A stretch of 64,000 bases of DNA from Spirochaetales bacterium (GTDB lineage: Bacteria; Spirochaetota; Spirochaetia; DSM-27196; SLST01), in assembly GCA_046538735.1 (NCBI GenBank), contig JBKHII010000002.1, forward strand, positions 23,235-87,234, written 5' to 3'. Of the stretch, positions 61,954 to 64,000 are shown one piece after another. The notes under the pieces are model-generated. The model did no database searches, had not been told where the DNA came from, and saw nothing but the letters and a program-made list of their open reading frames with translations. Made by a program: the position numbers and the translations under genes. Numbering within the stretch: position 1 is the first letter of the stretch; every line of letters begins with the position of its first letter.

Positions 61954-63034
61954 AGTGAACCCGCCTTTCGGCAATCCTGCGTTGGAGGAGCGTGAGAGCC
62001 AGCAGTATCACGAACAGGACAACCGACAGCGCGCTTGCGTACCCCGCTCGGCCGTAGACATAGAAGTTGCGGAAGATGTAGAGCGGCAACGCCATCGTAG
62101 TTCCAAGCGGTGTGCCTTCACCGCTAGAGAAGACGTAGAAGGCGCTGAACGACTCGAAACTCGCGATCACCGAGACAACGCTCAGAAAGAAGATTGTGGG
62201 TGAGAGGAGCGGAATGACCACGTAGCGTATTCGAGCCCAGCCACCGGCTCCGTCTATCCGGGCGGCGTCCATGAGTTCTTTCGGCATTCCGCTGAACCCG
62301 GCGAGGAAGACAACTGTGTTGAAGCCGATGCTATGCCAGATCGAGAAGACCATGATGATCAGCAGCGCAAGACTCGGCCCGCCGAGCTCGGTTGGGACAC
62401 CGTCAGGCCACGCACCCCCGAGGACGGAGAGGAGCTTGCTCACGATCGGCTCCGGATCGCTCAGCCACTCCTGCGCACCGATCGGTGTGCCCGAGAGCAG
62501 CGCGTTGGCGATACCGACCTGCGGATGGAAGATCCACTTGAATACCATCATCGATGCGACCTGGGAGGTGATGTACGGCAGGAAGAAGATGGTTCTCAGG
62601 AACGATCGCCCCGCGCTGCGGAAGTGGTAGAAAAGGGAGTACGCGATGAGGAACGCAGCGGCGATCGCTATCGGTATCGTGCCGATTGTGTAGTACACGG
62701 TGACCAGCAGACTCTGCCCGAAACCGCCGACCTGCAGCCCGAACATTGGATCGTTGTAGATCAGATCCTCAGTGAGTATCGACGCGTAGTTCTGCAGCCC
62801 CACAAAGCGTTCCTGGACGAATCCCCACTTGAAGAAGCTGATGTACGTTCCGAAGACCATCGGCCAGAAGCGGAAGAGCGCAAGGAGGAGCATCCCCGGA
62901 AGCGCATAGGCGAGGCCCTCCAGAGCGTGTCTGCGTCGGCGTCGAGCCCCGGCCAGGCTGACCTGGCTTGCCACGTCCTTCGACTTCCGCACGGGTTGTG
63001 GAACCTCTTCGATCACGGTGCGCACATCTGCCAT
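61940..63034 (-). CDS. ABC sugar-transporter permease (MalF/BPD type)
   Basis: LPGMLLLALFRFWPMVFGTYISF, EAA-loop MDAARIDGAGGWARIRYVVIPLLSP. First gene of the operon, with a 14-nt overlap with the next permease gene. Confidence 0.85.
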   Translation of the reverse strand: MADVRTVIEEVPQPVRKSKDVASQVSLAGARRRRRHALEGLAYALPGMLLLALFRFWPMVFGTYISFFKWGFVQERFVGLQNYASILTEDLIYNDPMFGLQVGGFGQSLLVTVYYTIGTIPIAIAAAFLIAYSLFYHFRSAGRSFLRTIFFLPYITSQVASMMVFKWIFHPQVGIANALLSGTPIGAQEWLSDPEPIVSKLLSVLGGAWPDGVPTELGGPSLALLIIMVFSIWHSIGFNTVVFLAGFSGMPKELMDAARIDGAGGWARIRYVVIPLLSPTIFFLSVVSVIASFESFSAFYVFSSGEGTPLGTTMALPLYIFRNFYVYGRAGYASALSVVLFVILLALTLLQRRIAERRVHYEHG

Positions 63035-63196
63035 CGATGCCTCACTTCGTGCGCAAGGTACGGGCATCAGTTAAGAATTGCGTTACACAACGATGAGATT
63101 ACGATGAGCCCGACCGCCGCCAGATCGGACGCGTGTGTGAGGAGCTTGGCTACGGATTCCGGCATCGTGCCACCTCGGTGCGGTGACCCGGCCGCA

Positions 63197-64000
63197 TCAC
63201 ATCGCGCCCTCGCGCACGAAGACGCGAAACACCCGGTCGTACCGCTCCGACCATGAGACGAAGAGACGCTCGCCGTCGCTCACGAGGTGCGGGTACTCCG
63301 CCGCATGCGTCGCCCCGGCATTGAGACCGGAGGGCGGGTCCAAGCGGTACCACGTGCCCGCGCCCGGGTCGTAGGCCGACGCGCGAATCCGGTACGGTCC
63401 GGCGTCGTTCTCGGACCACGCCACGACGAGATAGCTGCCGTGCGAGACCGCCCTCGCCCACCACGCGCGCGTGCCCGTCCCGCGGTCGAGCCCGTCCGGA
63501 CCGCCGCCGTCCACGAGCCCCCACTCCGGAGTCGCGTCGTCACCGTTGTACCGGGCGACGCGCACCGTGCCGCCGCTCGTCGCGTCTTCTTCGTACCACA
63601 CGGCGTACATCGCGCCGCCGTGCGAGAGCAGCTGCGGACCGCGGGCACCCGCTCCCGTATCGTAGTTGAGGCCGCGCGCGCCGCCGCGGTCCACGAGCGA
63701 CCACGCCGGATTGACGTCGTCTCCGTTGAAGACGGCGACGCGGAGCTGGCGCGCGGTTCCGTTGCGCTCGTACCACGCGGCGTAGAGCCGACCGGCGTAT
63801 ACGTGGAGCTTCGGGTAGTACGCATCCGCGGCAATGTCGCGGTTGATGCCGTGGCTGCCGCCGTCCACGAGGCGCCACTCGGGATCGGAGACGTCCCCGA
63901 GGAGGACGGCGACGCGGATCTGGTATGCGCTTCCGTTCGAGCTTCGCCAGGCGGCGTAGAGCGAGCCGTCGTACGAGGCAAGCGAGGCGTAGTCCGAGCC
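63197..64000 (-). CDS. repeat (beta-propeller-like) protein, 5' part outside the window
   Basis: The frame stays open to nt 64000. At least five ~56-aa repeats share the pattern G.LYAAW.E.....(I/L)RVA...G......W.LVDGGG..G(L/I)N.D. Stop at 63197. Confidence 0.65.
   Translation of the reverse strand, partial: GSDYASLASYDGSLYAAWRSSNGSAYQIRVAVLLGDVSDPEWRLVDGGSHGINRDIAADAYYPKLHVYAGRLYAAWYERNGTARQLRVAVFNGDDVNPAWSLVDRGGARGLNYDTGAGARGPQLLSHGGAMYAVWYEEDATSGGTVRVARYNGDDATPEWGLVDGGGPDGLDRGTGTRAWWARAVSHGSYLVVAWSENDAGPYRIRASAYDPGAGTWYRLDPPSGLNAGATHAAEYPHLVSDGERLFVSWSERYDRVFRVFVREGAM

Noticed and set aside
1-64000. Search for CRISPR arrays, rRNA/tRNA genes, transposases, integrases, phage genes and long direct or inverted repeats.
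   Set aside because: I found no regularly spaced short repeats, no cloverleaf-like or rRNA-like stretches in the few intergenic gaps, and no ORF with transposase, integrase or phage motifs. By-eye reading cannot exclude small ncRNAs.

Overview
GC-rich, gene-dense bacterial chromosomal segment with about 60 protein-coding genes on both strands. Many start/stop overlaps of 4 or 8 nt (ATGA/GTGA) indicate operons. I saw no rRNA, tRNA, CRISPR array, transposase, integrase or prophage signal. All calls rest on reading the ORF translations and DNA by eye. No database search was run, so start codons are approximate and family names are motif-based.

Content is mostly metabolism, transport and signalling:
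- Three ABC-2/Na-type exporters, one of them reduced to a relic.
- A ProXVW-type betaine importer.
- A sugar-type ABC importer operon that carries an MBL-fold hydrolase and a HAD phosphatase but no ATPase.
- Three c-di-GMP proteins.
- Five HAD hydrolases.
- Housekeeping genes rlmN, a truC-like gene and ribosomal protein Thx.

Most notable observations:
1. A three-gene [FeFe]-hydrogenase operon. Its 1054-aa flavoprotein subunit fuses a Trx-like 2Fe-2S domain, a NuoF core and a complete GltD/NfnB-like NAD(P)H-FAD module. Its HydA reads TSCSPGW where TSCCPxW is canonical.
2. An operon of three tandem AIM24/DUF124 (TIGR00266-like) paralogs of unknown function, with a good promoter.
3. A translationally coupled pair of cNMP-binding GGDEF proteins. 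One is canonical. The other has a dead active site (RGNEF) but an intact RxxD I-site.
4. Two adjacent genes built from four copies of an unrecognised ~95-aa module, separated by a perfect 20-bp hairpin.
5. A bacterial ERG4/ERG24 sterol-reductase homolog plus a DUF1295 relative, with no sterol pathway in view.
6. Several gene relics: a GH53-like fragment, a Big_2 fragment, a collapsed ABC operon, a truncated HAD and a frameshifted lipoprotein.
7. Three candidate leaderless transcripts, two of them regulators.
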